Shown: positions 26,336 through 36,621 of the stretch, piece after piece
Position numbering within the stretch: the first letter of the stretch is position 1
Layout of the letters: each line of letters starts with the position of its first letter
Source of the DNA: an uncultured Oscillospiraceae bacterium
GTDB lineage: Bacteria; Bacillota; Clostridia; Oscillospirales; Oscillospiraceae
Reading direction: 5' to 3'
Length of the DNA stretch: 64,000 bases
Assembly: GCA_947625845.1 (NCBI GenBank)
Contig: CANQQB010000002.1
Coordinates: 9,122 to 73,121 of the forward strand
The notes under the pieces: model-generated
What the model saw: the letters and a program-made list of their open reading frames with translations, nothing else
Databases searched by the model: none
What the model was told of the DNA's origin: nothing
Program-made: the position numbers and the translations under genes

Positions 26336-27316
26336 ATGGGACGGAAAAAGAAGCGGACGGAGCTGGCGGCGGCGCCGCCGAAGAAACACCGCCGGTGGAC
26401 GAAGGACGACACGGAGCTGACGCTGCTGAGCCTGCCCACCTTTATCTGGTACATACTGTTCTGCTACCTGCCCATGTTCGGCGTGATCATCGCCTTCAAG
26501 GACTACAAGATCACCCCCGGCGCGGGCTTTGTGACCAGCCTTTTGAAGAGCGACTGGGTGCGCTTTGACAACTTCAAATACTTCTTCGGTCTGCGGGACT
26601 TTCCCCAGATACTGCGCAACACCCTGCTGTACAACGTGGCGTTCATCATCCTGGACATCGCGCTGCCGGTGCTGTTCGCCATCATGATCAGCAACATCTA
26701 CTCCAAGCGCAAGTCCAAGACCTATCAGACGCTGATGTTCATGCCCCACTTCATGAGCTGGGTGGTGGTCACCTATTTCGTGTACGCGTTCCTGATCACG
26801 GACAAGGGGCTTTTGAACGCCCTGCTCCGGTCCCTTGGCGGGGAGGGCATCAACTGGTATTTCGAGCCCAAGTACTGGCCGTACATTTTGATCATCATGC
26901 ACATCTGGAAATCCATCGGATACAGCATGGTGGTGTACCTGGCCAGCATCACGGGCATCGACTCCACACTGTACGAGGCGGCGGTGCTGGACGGGGCCAG
27001 CAAGTTCCAGCAGGGCCGGTACGTGACCCTGCCCAGCCTGAAACCCATCATCATCATGATGTTCATCCTGTCGGTGGGCCACATCTTCTCCACGGACTTC
27101 GGCCTGTTCTACCAGGTGTCCCGCGGCGCCAACCAGCCGCTTACGCCGGTGGTAGCCACCTTCGACGTGAAGATATACCAGATGCTCACGTCCAACTCCG
27201 TCAGTCTTGGCAAGACGGCGGCGGCCAGCCTGTTCCAGTCGGTGGTAGGCTGCGTCACCATTTTGATCGCCAACGGCATCGTGCGCAAGGTCGACAGGGC
27301 CAGCGCCCTGATCTGA
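26336..27316 (+). CDS. Sugar ABC transporter permease (LplB/MsmF-like)
   Basis: Basic N-terminus then FIWYILFCYLPMFGVIIAFKDYK (LplB-type). It has the EAA-like loop (LYEAAVLDGASKFQQGRYVTLPSLKP). Confidence 0.85.
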   Translation: MGRKKKRTELAAAPPKKHRRWTKDDTELTLLSLPTFIWYILFCYLPMFGVIIAFKDYKITPGAGFVTSLLKSDWVRFDNFKYFFGLRDFPQILRNTLLYNVAFIILDIALPVLFAIMISNIYSKRKSKTYQTLMFMPHFMSWVVVTYFVYAFLITDKGLLNALLRSLGGEGINWYFEPKYWPYILIIMHIWKSIGYSMVVYLASITGIDSTLYEAAVLDGASKFQQGRYVTLPSLKPIIIMMFILSVGHIFSTDFGLFYQVSRGANQPLTPVVATFDVKIYQMLTSNSVSLGKTAAASLFQSVVGCVTILIANGIVRKVDRASALI

Positions 27317-27329
27317 GGGGGTGGGTCCA

Positions 27330-28271
27330 ATGGCAAAGGAAAAGAAACAACATCTCAATGAAGGCGTGACCCGCCTGAACCGGATAAAGCCGGCCACCAA
27401 CGCCATCTTCAACGTGTTCTTCCTGATCGTGGCGCTGGCGTGCTTTCTGCCCATCGTGTTCATCTTCGTCATCTCCATCACGGACAACGACGTGATACGC
27501 CGCCAGGGCTATCAATTGTTCGTCACCGCCGAGACCTTCTCCAGCGAGGCGTACAAGTACCTCTGGGGCCAGCGGCAGACCATCTTGCACGCCCTGTGGG
27601 TGTCGGTGTACGTCACCTTCCTGGGCACGGTGCTGGGTGTGGCGCTGACCACGCTGATGGGGTATGTGCTCTCCCGCCGGGAATACCGGCTCAACGGCTT
27701 TATGGCCATCGTGGTCTTCATTCCCATGATCTTCGGCGGCGGCATGGCCGCGTCCTACATGGTCAACTCCCAGATACTGCACCTGCGGGACACCATGTGG
27801 ATTTTGATACTTCCCCTGGCGGTGAGCAGCTTCAACGTGACCATCACGCGCACGTTTTTCCGCACGACCATCCCGGACGAGGTGATCGAGTCTGCCAAGA
27901 TCGACGGGGCCAGCCAGTTCACCATCTTCTCCCGGATCGTGCTGCCCATCTCCAAGCCGGTACTGGCCACCATCGGCCTGTTTCTGGCGTTCGGCTACTG
28001 GAACGACTGGTTCCAGGCCCAGCTATACATCAGCAGCGACAATCTCCGGTCCTTACAGGCCATGCTCAACGCCATGCAGAACAACCTGGCCTACCTGACC
28101 AAGAACCCCACGGCCCTTTTGAGCACGGCCAGCGACTTGAAGAAGAACATGCCCCAGGAGAGCGTGCGCATGGCCATCGCGTTCGTGGTGGCGGTGCCCA
28201 TCGCGTGCGTGTACCCGTTCTTCCAGAAGTACTTCATCTCCGGCCTGACCGTGGGCGCGGTGAAGGGCTGA
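27330..28271 (+). CDS. Sugar ABC transporter permease (LplC/MsmG-like)
   Basis: EAA loop ESAKIDGASQFTIFSRIVLPISKPVLAT. Six predicted TM stretches. GAGGGGG SD upstream of ATG 27330. Confidence 0.85.
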   Translation: MAKEKKQHLNEGVTRLNRIKPATNAIFNVFFLIVALACFLPIVFIFVISITDNDVIRRQGYQLFVTAETFSSEAYKYLWGQRQTILHALWVSVYVTFLGTVLGVALTTLMGYVLSRREYRLNGFMAIVVFIPMIFGGGMAASYMVNSQILHLRDTMWILILPLAVSSFNVTITRTFFRTTIPDEVIESAKIDGASQFTIFSRIVLPISKPVLATIGLFLAFGYWNDWFQAQLYISSDNLRSLQAMLNAMQNNLAYLTKNPTALLSTASDLKKNMPQESVRMAIAFVVAVPIACVYPFFQKYFISGLTVGAVKG

Positions 28272-28355
28272 GAGGCGGCTCCCGTATTTTCCGTATTGCT
28301 TCGGCCTCCGGGCCGTATCAATAGACCCGAAAATTTTTATTTAGGAGGAACCCAC

Positions 28356-29840
28356 ATGAAAAAGTTGTTATCCATGCTCCTGGCGGTCGTGATGGTCGTT
28401 TCCATGTTCGCCTGCCTGGGCGCCAGCGCGCTGGCCGATGACATCCCCACCATCACCTGGTACATGGTGGGCGGCGGCCAGCCGGCCAACTATGACTCCT
28501 GGAAGGCCAAGGTCGACGCCTACCTGGAGGAAAAGATCGGCGTGCACCTGGATGTCCAGTGCATCTCCTGGGGCGACTGGGGCGACCGGCGCAGCGTGAT
28601 CGTGCAGACCAACGAGCCCTATGACATCATGTTCACCGACTCCGGCTCCTACATCGGCGACGTGAACATGGGCGCCTTCGCCGACCTGACCGACCTCATC
28701 AAGGAGACGCCGGGCCTGACCGAGGTCATCCCCGAGGATTACCTGAAGGCCTGCGAGATCGACGGCAAGCTGTACGCCATCCCCGCCTACAAGGACTCCT
28801 CCATGACCCAGTACTTTGTCTGGACGGAAGAGTATGTGGCGGATCACCCCGAGTATGCCGACGCCCACACCCTGGCGGACATCGGCCCCATTCTGGAAGC
28901 CGTCCATGACGAGACCGGCGACGTGTTCCTGATGAACAAGGACGGCATCTCCGCCATCATCGGCAACAAGTACGACAACTTCGGCACCGGCCTGCCCACC
29001 ATCGGCATCAGCTACACCAGCGGCGAGAACAAGATCGTCCCCGTGTTCGAGCAGGAGGACGTGCTGGCCGACCTGCGGACCATGCATGAGTACTTCAACG
29101 CCGGCCTTATCAACTCCGACGCCGCCGTGGCCGACGAGGCCTCCGGCATCTGCGCGCTGGGCGTGGCCCAGGGCTGGCCCTCCGCCGCCAAGGGCTGGGG
29201 CGACGGCCGCGGCTGCCCCGTGGTCGTGAGCCAGTTTGAGGACACCGTGCTCTCCAACGACACCGTGCAGGGCTCCATGGCCTGCATCTCCGCCTCCTCC
29301 GAGCATCCTCTGGAGGCTCTGAAGCTCCTGGAGCTGGTCAACACCGACTCCTGGCTGCGCGACGCGCTGGCCTACGGCGAGGAAGGCGTGAACTTTGAGT
29401 ACGTTCAGGACAAGGACACCGGCGAGACCGGCGTGTTCAAGCTGAACACCGACTGGACCCTGGCCGCCTACACCCAGGGCACCTTCTTCGACATGACCCT
29501 GGAGGCCACCAAGTATGAGCCCGCCGAGGGCGAGGAAGCTCCCGCGGAAGACCAGTACATTGTCCCCGAGAACTACTACGTCAACGAGGTCCAGGTCCAG
29601 AACGAGAACGCCACGCCCTCCCCGGCGCTGGGCTTCATCTTTGACGCCACCCCCGTGGCCGACCAGCTTGCCGCCTGCCAGGCCATCTTCGCCGAGTACA
29701 AGGGCCTGATCCAGACCGGCACCGGCGACCCCGACGTGGAAGTGCCCGCCATGATGGAGGCCATGCGCGCCGAGGGCTTTGACGACATCGTCGCCGAGGC
29801 TCAGAGCCAGTTCGACGCCTGGCTCGCCGCGCAGGCTTGA
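28356..29840 (+). CDS. Extracellular sugar-binding lipoprotein (LplA-like, large family-1 SBP)
   Basis: MKKLLSMLLAVVMVVSMFACLG is a signal/lipobox-like sequence. About 495 aa. AGGAGG SD. It is the third gene of the permease-permease-SBP set. Confidence 0.8.
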   Translation: MKKLLSMLLAVVMVVSMFACLGASALADDIPTITWYMVGGGQPANYDSWKAKVDAYLEEKIGVHLDVQCISWGDWGDRRSVIVQTNEPYDIMFTDSGSYIGDVNMGAFADLTDLIKETPGLTEVIPEDYLKACEIDGKLYAIPAYKDSSMTQYFVWTEEYVADHPEYADAHTLADIGPILEAVHDETGDVFLMNKDGISAIIGNKYDNFGTGLPTIGISYTSGENKIVPVFEQEDVLADLRTMHEYFNAGLINSDAAVADEASGICALGVAQGWPSAAKGWGDGRGCPVVVSQFEDTVLSNDTVQGSMACISASSEHPLEALKLLELVNTDSWLRDALAYGEEGVNFEYVQDKDTGETGVFKLNTDWTLAAYTQGTFFDMTLEATKYEPAEGEEAPAEDQYIVPENYYVNEVQVQNENATPSPALGFIFDATPVADQLAACQAIFAEYKGLIQTGTGDPDVEVPAMMEAMRAEGFDDIVAEAQSQFDAWLAAQA

Positions 29841-29973
29841 GCCATCGTAAGAACAACGTAAAGTAAAACCAGAGGGGGCCATTGCGACCGTCGGCCGCAA
29901 TGGCCCCCTTGCCTATCTTCCTGCTATCCTATATAATGGCGCCGGCCACCAAAATGACTGAGAGGTATCTCAT

Positions 29974-32900
29974 ATGTATTTCATCGACCAACGTATCCGG
30001 GTGATATGCGACCAGTTGGAGCGGCTGCGGTTTCTGGACAGCACGCCGCTTACCCGCTGGCAGTATAAGCACGGGCTCTATTTCCGTCCGGCCGAGGCGG
30101 ACGCCAACGGTCCCGCCTGGGAGGACTTTGACAGCGACACCATGCGCTGGTACTCCGTCTACGCCGGCACGGATGATTTCGAGGGCAAATTCAAGGGCCA
30201 CGGCGGGGACTTCAAAGGCATCCCCGGCGAGCACTACTGGTTCCGGGGAAAAGTGACCATCCCGGACGCCTGCGACGGCAAGAGCGTGTGGCTGCGGGTG
30301 AAGACCCAGATCGAGGAATGGGACGACGGGAAAAACCCCCAGTTCCTCATTTTTATCGACGGCGTGCCCGTCCAGGGGGCGGACATGAACCACCGGGAGG
30401 TGCTGCTGGACCGCCGGGCAGAGGGCGGCCGGACGCTGACCGTGGACGTACAGGCGTACACGGGCACGCTGCACCGGGAGTTCTGCTTCCTGGCGGAGCT
30501 TTACACCCTGGACGAGGATATCGACAGGCTCTACTGGGACATTCTGGTGCCCCTGCAGGGCTTTGCCCGCATGGGGGCGGACAGCAAGGTCCGGCTGGAT
30601 ATCCAGACCGTGCTGAACGACACGATCAACCTGCTGGACATGCGCCAGCCCTACTCCCCGGCCTTTTACGCCTCCGCCGCCGCGGCGCAGACATACATCA
30701 CGCGGGAGCTGTACGAAAAAATGGGCGGGCACGACGAGGTGATCGCCACGTGCATCGGCCATACCCATATCGACGTGGCCTGGTGGTGGACCGTGGCACA
30801 GACGCGGGAGAAGGTGGTCCGCTCCTTCGCCACGGTGCTCAAGCTCATGGACGAGTACCCCGGCTATAAATTCATGTCCAGCCAGCCGGTGCTGTACTAC
30901 TTCCTCAAACAGCGCTACCCGGACCTGTACGAGCGCATCAAGGAGCGGGTGGCCCAGGGACGCTGGGAGGTGGAGGGGGCCACCTGGCTGGAGATGGACA
31001 CGAACCTGACCAGCGGGGAGAGCCTGGTGCGCCAGTTTTTGTACGGCAAGCGGTTTTTCCGCCAGGAATTCGGCTACGACTGCAAAATACTCTGGCTGCC
31101 GGACGTGTTCGGCTATTCGGGGGCTCTGCCCCAGATCATGAAAAAGGCCGGCGTGGACTATTTCATGACCACCAAGCTTGCCTGGAACCAGCTCAATAAG
31201 ATACCCAACGACACCTTTATCTGGCGGGGCATCGACGGGTCCGAGGTGCTGGCCCATCTCATCACCACCGTGGGCGTGGGCCAGGACCCCAAGACCAGCT
31301 TTTTCACCACCTACAACGGCTTCCTCCATCCGGACGCGCTCATGGGCGGCTGGGAGAGGTACCAGAACAAGGAGATAAACAACGACATTCTCGTCTCCTA
31401 CGGCTACGGCGACGGCGGCGGCGGTCCCACGCGGGCCATGCTGGAAACCTCGGTCCGTATGGAAAAAGGCCTGCCCGGCATGCCCAGGGTCCGGCAGGAG
31501 ACTGCCCGGACCTACTTCGACCAGCTTGCCGCGCGGGTGCAGGGCAACAAGCGCTTAGAGCGCTGGGAGGGGGAGTTTTACTTCGAGTACCACCGGGGGA
31601 CGTACACCTCTATGGCCCGGAACAAGCGGGGCAACCGGAAGAGCGAGCTTGCCCTGATGGACGCGGAGCTGCTGGGGGTCCTCTCCGGCGACTACCCGGC
31701 CCAGACGCTTACCCGCCTGTGGCGGGACGTGGTGCTTTTGAACCAGTTCCACGACATCCTGCCCGGCAGCTCCATCGGCGAGGTCTACGAGGTCACCAAG
31801 GCCGAGTACGAGGGGCTGCTTTCCGAGACGGGCGCGCTCATCCGCGATAGGCTGGAAAAGCTGGCCGGGCCCGGCCAGGCCGTCACGGTGTTCAACACCC
31901 TGGGTTTTGTCCGGGACGACGCGGTTTTCCTGGGAAATTTCAGCAAACGCGCATTGCGCGGCGCAGATGGGCGCATCTTTCCCGTCCAGCAGACGGCCGA
32001 CGGCGCCGTGGCCTGCCTGAAAGGCTTGCCCCCCAAGGGCTGGACGGCTCTGACCCCCACGGATGACGTGCCGGAGACCAAGCGCCCGCTTGTGCGCGCT
32101 AATGGGCGCTTCATCGAGACGCCGTTTTACAAGGTGACCTTCGACGAGGCCGGCCATATCGCCTCCCTGTACGACAAGGAATATGACCGGGAGCTGGCCA
32201 TGCCCGGCAAAAAGCTGAACCAGCTCCGCCTTTATGAGGATAAGCCCATTTACTACGACAACTGGGACATCGACATGTTCTACACGGAAAAGTCCTGGCC
32301 GGTGGACGATCTCGTCTCCATGCGCTGGACGGAGGACGGCCCGGTCCGGGCCACGGTGGAGCTGGAATACAGGTGCAGCCAAAGCACCATCCGGCAGAAG
32401 ATACATTTTTACGCCGACAGCCGCCGTATCGACTTCGAGACCTGGGCAGACTGGAAGGAGCACCAGCACCTTCTCAAGGCGGAGTTCCCCCTGGATATCC
32501 ACACCGACGAGGCCACCTTCGAGGTCCAGTTCGGCTCCGTCAAGCGCAAGGTCCACGCCAACACCACCTGGGACATGGCCCGGTTCGAGAGCTGCGCGCA
32601 AAAGTGGATGGACTACTCCGAGGGCCATTACGGCGTGAGCCTCTTGAACGACTGCAAATACGGCCACTCGGTCCTGGACGGGGTGGTGGCCCTGACGCTG
32701 ATCAAGTGCGGCGTGGAGCCCAACCCCAACGCGGACGTGGAGGAGCACCGGTTCACCTACGCGCTGTATCCCCACGGGGGCACCTGGCAGCAGGCCGGCA
32801 CGGTCCGGGAGGCCTATAAGCTCAACCAGCCGGCCTACGCGGTCGGCCACGGCAAGCCTGGCGTCACGTACAGCTACGCCGCCGTCAGTCCGGCCAACGT

Positions 32901-33126
32901 GATCTTGGAGACGGTGAAGCAGGCGGAGGATTCCCATGGGGTGATATTGCGCCTGTATGAGAGCGAGAATGCTCGGACAAAGACAACCCTGACCCTGCCC
33001 GCCGGGTGCGAAAAGGCGTACAGCGTGGATCTGCTGGAAGAGATCGAGGAAGAGCTGCCCGTGGAGGACGGATGCCTGCATTTCACCATGAAACCGTTCG
33101 AGATCAAGAGCATACTGCTGCGGTAA
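29974..33126 (+). CDS. GH38-family alpha-mannosidase
   Basis: CIGHTHIDVAWWWT; LWLPDVFGYSGALPQIMKKAGVDYFMTTKLAWNQ; GYGDGGGGPT; FYFEYHRGTYTS. Length 1050 aa, typical for bacterial cytosolic GH38. Confidence 0.9.
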   Translation: MYFIDQRIRVICDQLERLRFLDSTPLTRWQYKHGLYFRPAEADANGPAWEDFDSDTMRWYSVYAGTDDFEGKFKGHGGDFKGIPGEHYWFRGKVTIPDACDGKSVWLRVKTQIEEWDDGKNPQFLIFIDGVPVQGADMNHREVLLDRRAEGGRTLTVDVQAYTGTLHREFCFLAELYTLDEDIDRLYWDILVPLQGFARMGADSKVRLDIQTVLNDTINLLDMRQPYSPAFYASAAAAQTYITRELYEKMGGHDEVIATCIGHTHIDVAWWWTVAQTREKVVRSFATVLKLMDEYPGYKFMSSQPVLYYFLKQRYPDLYERIKERVAQGRWEVEGATWLEMDTNLTSGESLVRQFLYGKRFFRQEFGYDCKILWLPDVFGYSGALPQIMKKAGVDYFMTTKLAWNQLNKIPNDTFIWRGIDGSEVLAHLITTVGVGQDPKTSFFTTYNGFLHPDALMGGWERYQNKEINNDILVSYGYGDGGGGPTRAMLETSVRMEKGLPGMPRVRQETARTYFDQLAARVQGNKRLERWEGEFYFEYHRGTYTSMARNKRGNRKSELALMDAELLGVLSGDYPAQTLTRLWRDVVLLNQFHDILPGSSIGEVYEVTKAEYEGLLSETGALIRDRLEKLAGPGQAVTVFNTLGFVRDDAVFLGNFSKRALRGADGRIFPVQQTADGAVACLKGLPPKGWTALTPTDDVPETKRPLVRANGRFIETPFYKVTFDEAGHIASLYDKEYDRELAMPGKKLNQLRLYEDKPIYYDNWDIDMFYTEKSWPVDDLVSMRWTEDGPVRATVELEYRCSQSTIRQKIHFYADSRRIDFETWADWKEHQHLLKAEFPLDIHTDEATFEVQFGSVKRKVHANTTWDMARFESCAQKWMDYSEGHYGVSLLNDCKYGHSVLDGVVALTLIKCGVEPNPNADVEEHRFTYALYPHGGTWQQAGTVREAYKLNQPAYAVGHGKPGVTYSYAAVSPANVILETVKQAEDSHGVILRLYESENARTKTTLTLPAGCEKAYSVDLLEEIEEELPVEDGCLHFTMKPFEIKSILLR

Positions 33127-33137
33127 GGAAAGACACA

Positions 33138-33418
33138 TTATTGACGGCCCCCCTGTGCAAGGGGGGCTGTCACGCGTTAGCGTGACTGGAGGGTTGTACC
33201 GGGACTGGTAACAACCCTTCCGAGCGCCGCAAAGCGGCGCCCACCTCCCCTTACACAGGGGAGGCTTTCAATAAGGAAGAGGATTTAGAATCCAACGGGT
33301 CCACGGCGTGAGCCGGGGACACCATTAGCGGAGGCGCTGGCGCACTACTGTTACAACCCTTCCGAGCGCCGCAAAGCGGCGCCCACCTCCCCTTGCACAG
33401 GGGAGGCTTTCAATATGG
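33138..33418. repeat. Extragenic repeat cluster, locus E (full TGTGCAA-type palindrome + GNRA hairpin + half unit)
   Basis: TTGACGGCCCCCCTGTGCAAGGGGGGCTGTCACGCGTTAGCGTGACTGGAGGGTTGT // ACAACCCTTCCGAGCGCCGCAAAGCGGCGCCCACCTCCCCTTACACAGGGGAGGCTTTCAA. GTGA-loop hairpin at ~33298-33319. The right arm is repeated at 33350-33412. Confidence 0.85.
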
Positions 33419-33428
33419 AAGAGATCAG

Positions 33429-33457
33429 AAAACCTCCCCTAAACAGGGGAGGTTTTT
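33429..33457. terminator. Bidirectional terminator
   Basis: AAAACCTCCCC-TAAACA-GGGGAGGTTTTT. The stem is perfect, with an A-run and a T-run on either side. Confidence 0.65.
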
Positions 33458-33882
33458 CAAAGCGGAATATCTTCCTCGTCCATTAAAATGATGCCGTGTT
33501 CCGACAGGAGGTTGGCGGTGACGCCCTGGCCGGGGATGACCTTACCCGTAAACGTGCCGTCGTACACCGCGTGGACGCCGCAGGAGGGGCTGCGGGCCTT
33601 TAAGATGGCGTGGGTCACGCCATGCTTTTGGCAGAAGGCCAGGGCCTTTTCCGCGCCGGCGTTGAACTCCGCCGTCACGTCGTCGCCGGCCTTGCTGTAC
33701 ACCCGGCCGTCCCGTATCTCGCTGGGCAGGCGCGGGGCCGGCAGGCCGGAGGCACGCTCCGGACAGAAGACCACATAGTCCTTGTCCCGGAGAAATGCCC
33801 GGACGGCGGCGTTATCGTTGTTGCCGCCGTTATACTTGCAATTGTGCCCCATGAGACACGCGCTGACCAAATACTTGCTCAT
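33457..33882 (-). CDS. DUF523-family protein (TudS-like thiouracil desulfidase family)
   Basis: MSKYLVSACLMGHNCKYNGGNN...VFCPERASGLP.PR.PSEI...ILKARSPSCG is the conserved Cys pattern of DUF523. Confidence 0.8.
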   Translation of the reverse strand: MSKYLVSACLMGHNCKYNGGNNDNAAVRAFLRDKDYVVFCPERASGLPAPRLPSEIRDGRVYSKAGDDVTAEFNAGAEKALAFCQKHGVTHAILKARSPSCGVHAVYDGTFTGKVIPGQGVTANLLSEHGIILMDEEDIPL

Positions 33883-34880
33883 TCGTAGTTACAAAGAAGG
33901 AATATGGGCTTGATCTGGACCACCTCGTCGTATTCCTCCTGTTCCACCTGGACGGAGGAATTGAGGGCCTTTAGGTCCTTCTTCATCAAATCGAACGCCT
34001 TGTCCACGCTCTGGGCGCGGCCCTCCCGGATGATGCGGATCATGCGGTCCAGGACGATGGGGTGGGCGTACTGGGGCGGCACGGGAAAGTCCGGGCCGAT
34101 CGTCTCCTGCATGGCGTCCCGGGCCTGTTCCCACTCCCGGTCGATGGTCCGGGTGTTGTTCTTGGCCGTGGGCAGCACGTGGGCGCCGGCGAAGAAGAAC
34201 ACGGCCGCCAGACCCAGCAGCGTCCAGTAGATGCCGGTCCGGTCGTGGCTCACCAGGGCGTACACGCCGTAGGCCGCGGCCAGCGCGCCGGCGATCACGA
34301 TGGCCAGGGCCACCCACTTGTAGGCCGGGTTGGCCTGGTCGTTGCGGCGCTTGTTCTTGGCGGCGCGGGCCAGACGGTTGGACCGGGCGGGGTCGTTTTC
34401 CAGGACCTTCTTGGCCCGCTCCAGCTCGTTCCAGGCGGCCTGCGCCTCCGGGGTCAGCTCCTTCAAAAAACGCGCGGCCTCCCGCTCGGCCTTGGCCCGC
34501 AGTTTCCGCTCCGCCTCCACGCTGTGCAGCGGGACATCCGGCCGGATACGGCTGAAGGCGAACAGGAAGCTGTCCACGTCCTCCTCCCGCTTGAAGTTGC
34601 ACTGCTTCACCTGGCCGTTGTCGTACTCCACCACCAGGTAGGGGATGGAGGCGAACACGCCGCGGCCGGTGAAGCCGCCTTTGCTCATGGCCACGCGCTT
34701 GAAAATGCGCTTGACGGACTTGATGGGCAGGTAGAACCGGCGCTCCAGATAGAAGCTGTTGAGGAAGATCAGCTCCTTGCCGATGCCGCAGGGACCGTAG
34801 CGCCGGCAGGTCTTTTTCTCCGCTTTCACGGTATCGTCGGCCACGGCGATCCGGCCAAGCTGCTTGGGTTTGAATATCAT
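33879..34880 (-). CDS. Hypothetical membrane protein (two central TM helices, coiled-coil segment)
   Basis: 333 aa. TM stretch WVALAIVIAGALAAAYGVYALV ... IYWTLLGLAAVFFFAGAHVL. It overlaps the DUF523 start by 4 nt (ATGA). I recognise no domain. Confidence 0.6.
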   Translation of the reverse strand: MIFKPKQLGRIAVADDTVKAEKKTCRRYGPCGIGKELIFLNSFYLERRFYLPIKSVKRIFKRVAMSKGGFTGRGVFASIPYLVVEYDNGQVKQCNFKREEDVDSFLFAFSRIRPDVPLHSVEAERKLRAKAEREAARFLKELTPEAQAAWNELERAKKVLENDPARSNRLARAAKNKRRNDQANPAYKWVALAIVIAGALAAAYGVYALVSHDRTGIYWTLLGLAAVFFFAGAHVLPTAKNNTRTIDREWEQARDAMQETIGPDFPVPPQYAHPIVLDRMIRIIREGRAQSVDKAFDLMKKDLKALNSSVQVEQEEYDEVVQIKPIFLLCNYE

Positions 34881-34956
34881 GGGAAAGGCCTCCCTGTTAT
34901 GGGGACGGCGGAGGAGCGTGGCCCCTCCGCCGTTCGGAATTGGTATGTTGGGTAAA

Positions 34957-36420
34957 TTACTTCGCCACGGCGGCCTTGGCCTTGTTGGCGGCGAACATGA
35001 AGATGCCGAAGAACACGACGGCGCAGACGATGCCCACCGGGTAGGCGATCTTGGTGCTCAGGCCCAGGCACTCGGAGCCGGCGCAGAAGTAGGTGATGGA
35101 CACCGCGCTCATGAACGTGGCGGGAACGGCGGTGATCCAGTAGTTCTTCTTCTCCTTCACCAGGAACATGGAGGCGGTCCACAGCACGATCATGGCCAAG
35201 GTCTGGTTGGTCCAGGAGAAGTAACGCCAGATGACCTGATAGCTGAACCAGCCCAGGCTGTTGCCGATGCCCAGGAAGGCGCCGACGCCCAGCACGGGGA
35301 TGCACAGGTACAGACGGTTCTTCATCTTGTCCTGGTCCAGCTTGAACCAGTCGGCCAGCACCAGACGGGCGGAACGGAAGGCCGTATCGCCGGAGGTGAT
35401 GGGGCAGGCCACAACGCCCAGCATGGCCAGGGCGATGCCGATGCCGCCCATGGTCTTGGAGCAGACATCATAAACGGCGGCGGGCTGGCCCTGGGCGATC
35501 ACGTCGTTCAGAGCGACGGACAGGCCGTCCTTCAACTCATACAGGGAGCAGCCGGCGGCGGCCCACACCAGAGCGATGACACCCTCGGCGACCATCGCGC
35601 CGTAGAACACGAAGTGGCCCTGATGCTCGTTCTTCATGCAGCGGGCCATCAGAGGGCTCTGGGTGGCGTGGAAACCGGAGATGGCGCCGCAGGCCACGGT
35701 GATGAACATGAACGACCACACGGGGGTGCCGGCGGGATGATGGTTGGTGAAGTTGGACCAGATCTCGGGGATCTTGTAGCCATGTACGGGGATGCCGATG
35801 GCGACGCCCACGGCCATGATGATCAGGCAGATGCCGAACACGGGGTAGATCTTGCCGATGATCTTGTCGATGGACAGGAACGTGGCGATGAAGTAGTAGA
35901 CCAGGATGAGGATCAGCCAGAACATGGTGTTGGCAACGATGCCGCTGCCGCCGTTCTCGGTGATGAGCTTCACCAGGATGCCGGCGGGGCCAACGGCGAA
36001 CACGGTGCCGACCATGATCAGCAGCACCACGTTGAACACGCGCATGACGTTCTTCATCACGCCGCCCAGGTAGATGCCGGTGACCTCGGAGATGGAGGCG
36101 CCGTCGTTGCGCTCGCTCATCATGCCGGAGAAGTAGTCATGCACAGCGCCGGCGAAGATGGTGCCGAAGGTGATCCACAGGAACACGATGGGTCCCCACA
36201 GAGCGCCCTGCAGAGCGCCGAAGATGGGGCCGAGACCGGCGATGTTCAAAAGCTGGATCATGAACAGACGCCACTGGGGCAGGACCACGTAGTCCACGCC
36301 GTCGTTGATCTTGACGGCGGGGGTCTCACGGTCGTCGGGGGCGAAGGTCTTCTCTACGACCTTGCCGTAGGTGAAGTACCCGCCGATGAGGATCGCGAGG
36401 CAGATAATGAAACTGATCAC
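34957..36420 (-). CDS. cstA: Carbon starvation protein A (peptide/pyruvate transporter family)
   Basis: LLNIAGLGPIFGALQGALWGP; HDYFSGMMSERNDGASI; FHATQSPLMARC. GAGGAGG SD 8 nt upstream of GTG 36420. The track start 36489 lacks an SD. Confidence 0.88.
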   Translation of the reverse strand: MISFIICLAILIGGYFTYGKVVEKTFAPDDRETPAVKINDGVDYVVLPQWRLFMIQLLNIAGLGPIFGALQGALWGPIVFLWITFGTIFAGAVHDYFSGMMSERNDGASISEVTGIYLGGVMKNVMRVFNVVLLIMVGTVFAVGPAGILVKLITENGGSGIVANTMFWLILILVYYFIATFLSIDKIIGKIYPVFGICLIIMAVGVAIGIPVHGYKIPEIWSNFTNHHPAGTPVWSFMFITVACGAISGFHATQSPLMARCMKNEHQGHFVFYGAMVAEGVIALVWAAAGCSLYELKDGLSVALNDVIAQGQPAAVYDVCSKTMGGIGIALAMLGVVACPITSGDTAFRSARLVLADWFKLDQDKMKNRLYLCIPVLGVGAFLGIGNSLGWFSYQVIWRYFSWTNQTLAMIVLWTASMFLVKEKKNYWITAVPATFMSAVSITYFCAGSECLGLSTKIAYPVGIVCAVVFFGIFMFAANKAKAAVAK

Positions 36421-36621
36421 TTTTGATTCCTCCTCATAAAAGTTGATCTTTTTCCCGGACCGCAGACGCGGACCCGTTTTTACCGTCATATTATACGCCC
36501 GCCAAAATCCATTGTCCAGATTGGAAACGGGGCACGATTTAACAAATTTTTAATATTTCATTTGTGAAATCTGACAAGAAACCGCCGTTTTTCTTGTGCC
36601 TTTCCCATAAAAGAAGCAAAA

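Noticed and set aside
24154-33138. Large antisense or out-of-frame ORFs in the glycan locus (24154..25041-, 26264..27487-, 27440..28324+, 28368..29900-, 29929..31329-, 31555..33138-)
   Set aside because: All overlap well-supported GH20, permease, SBP and GH38 frames. All have shadow-frame composition (runs of G, R, H, V, D, A).
34062-36426. ORFs 34062..34955(+) and 34864..36426(+) antisense to the membrane protein and cstA
   Set aside because: Gly/Asp/His/Ala-rich with no hydrophobic pattern. cstA motifs lie on the minus strand.
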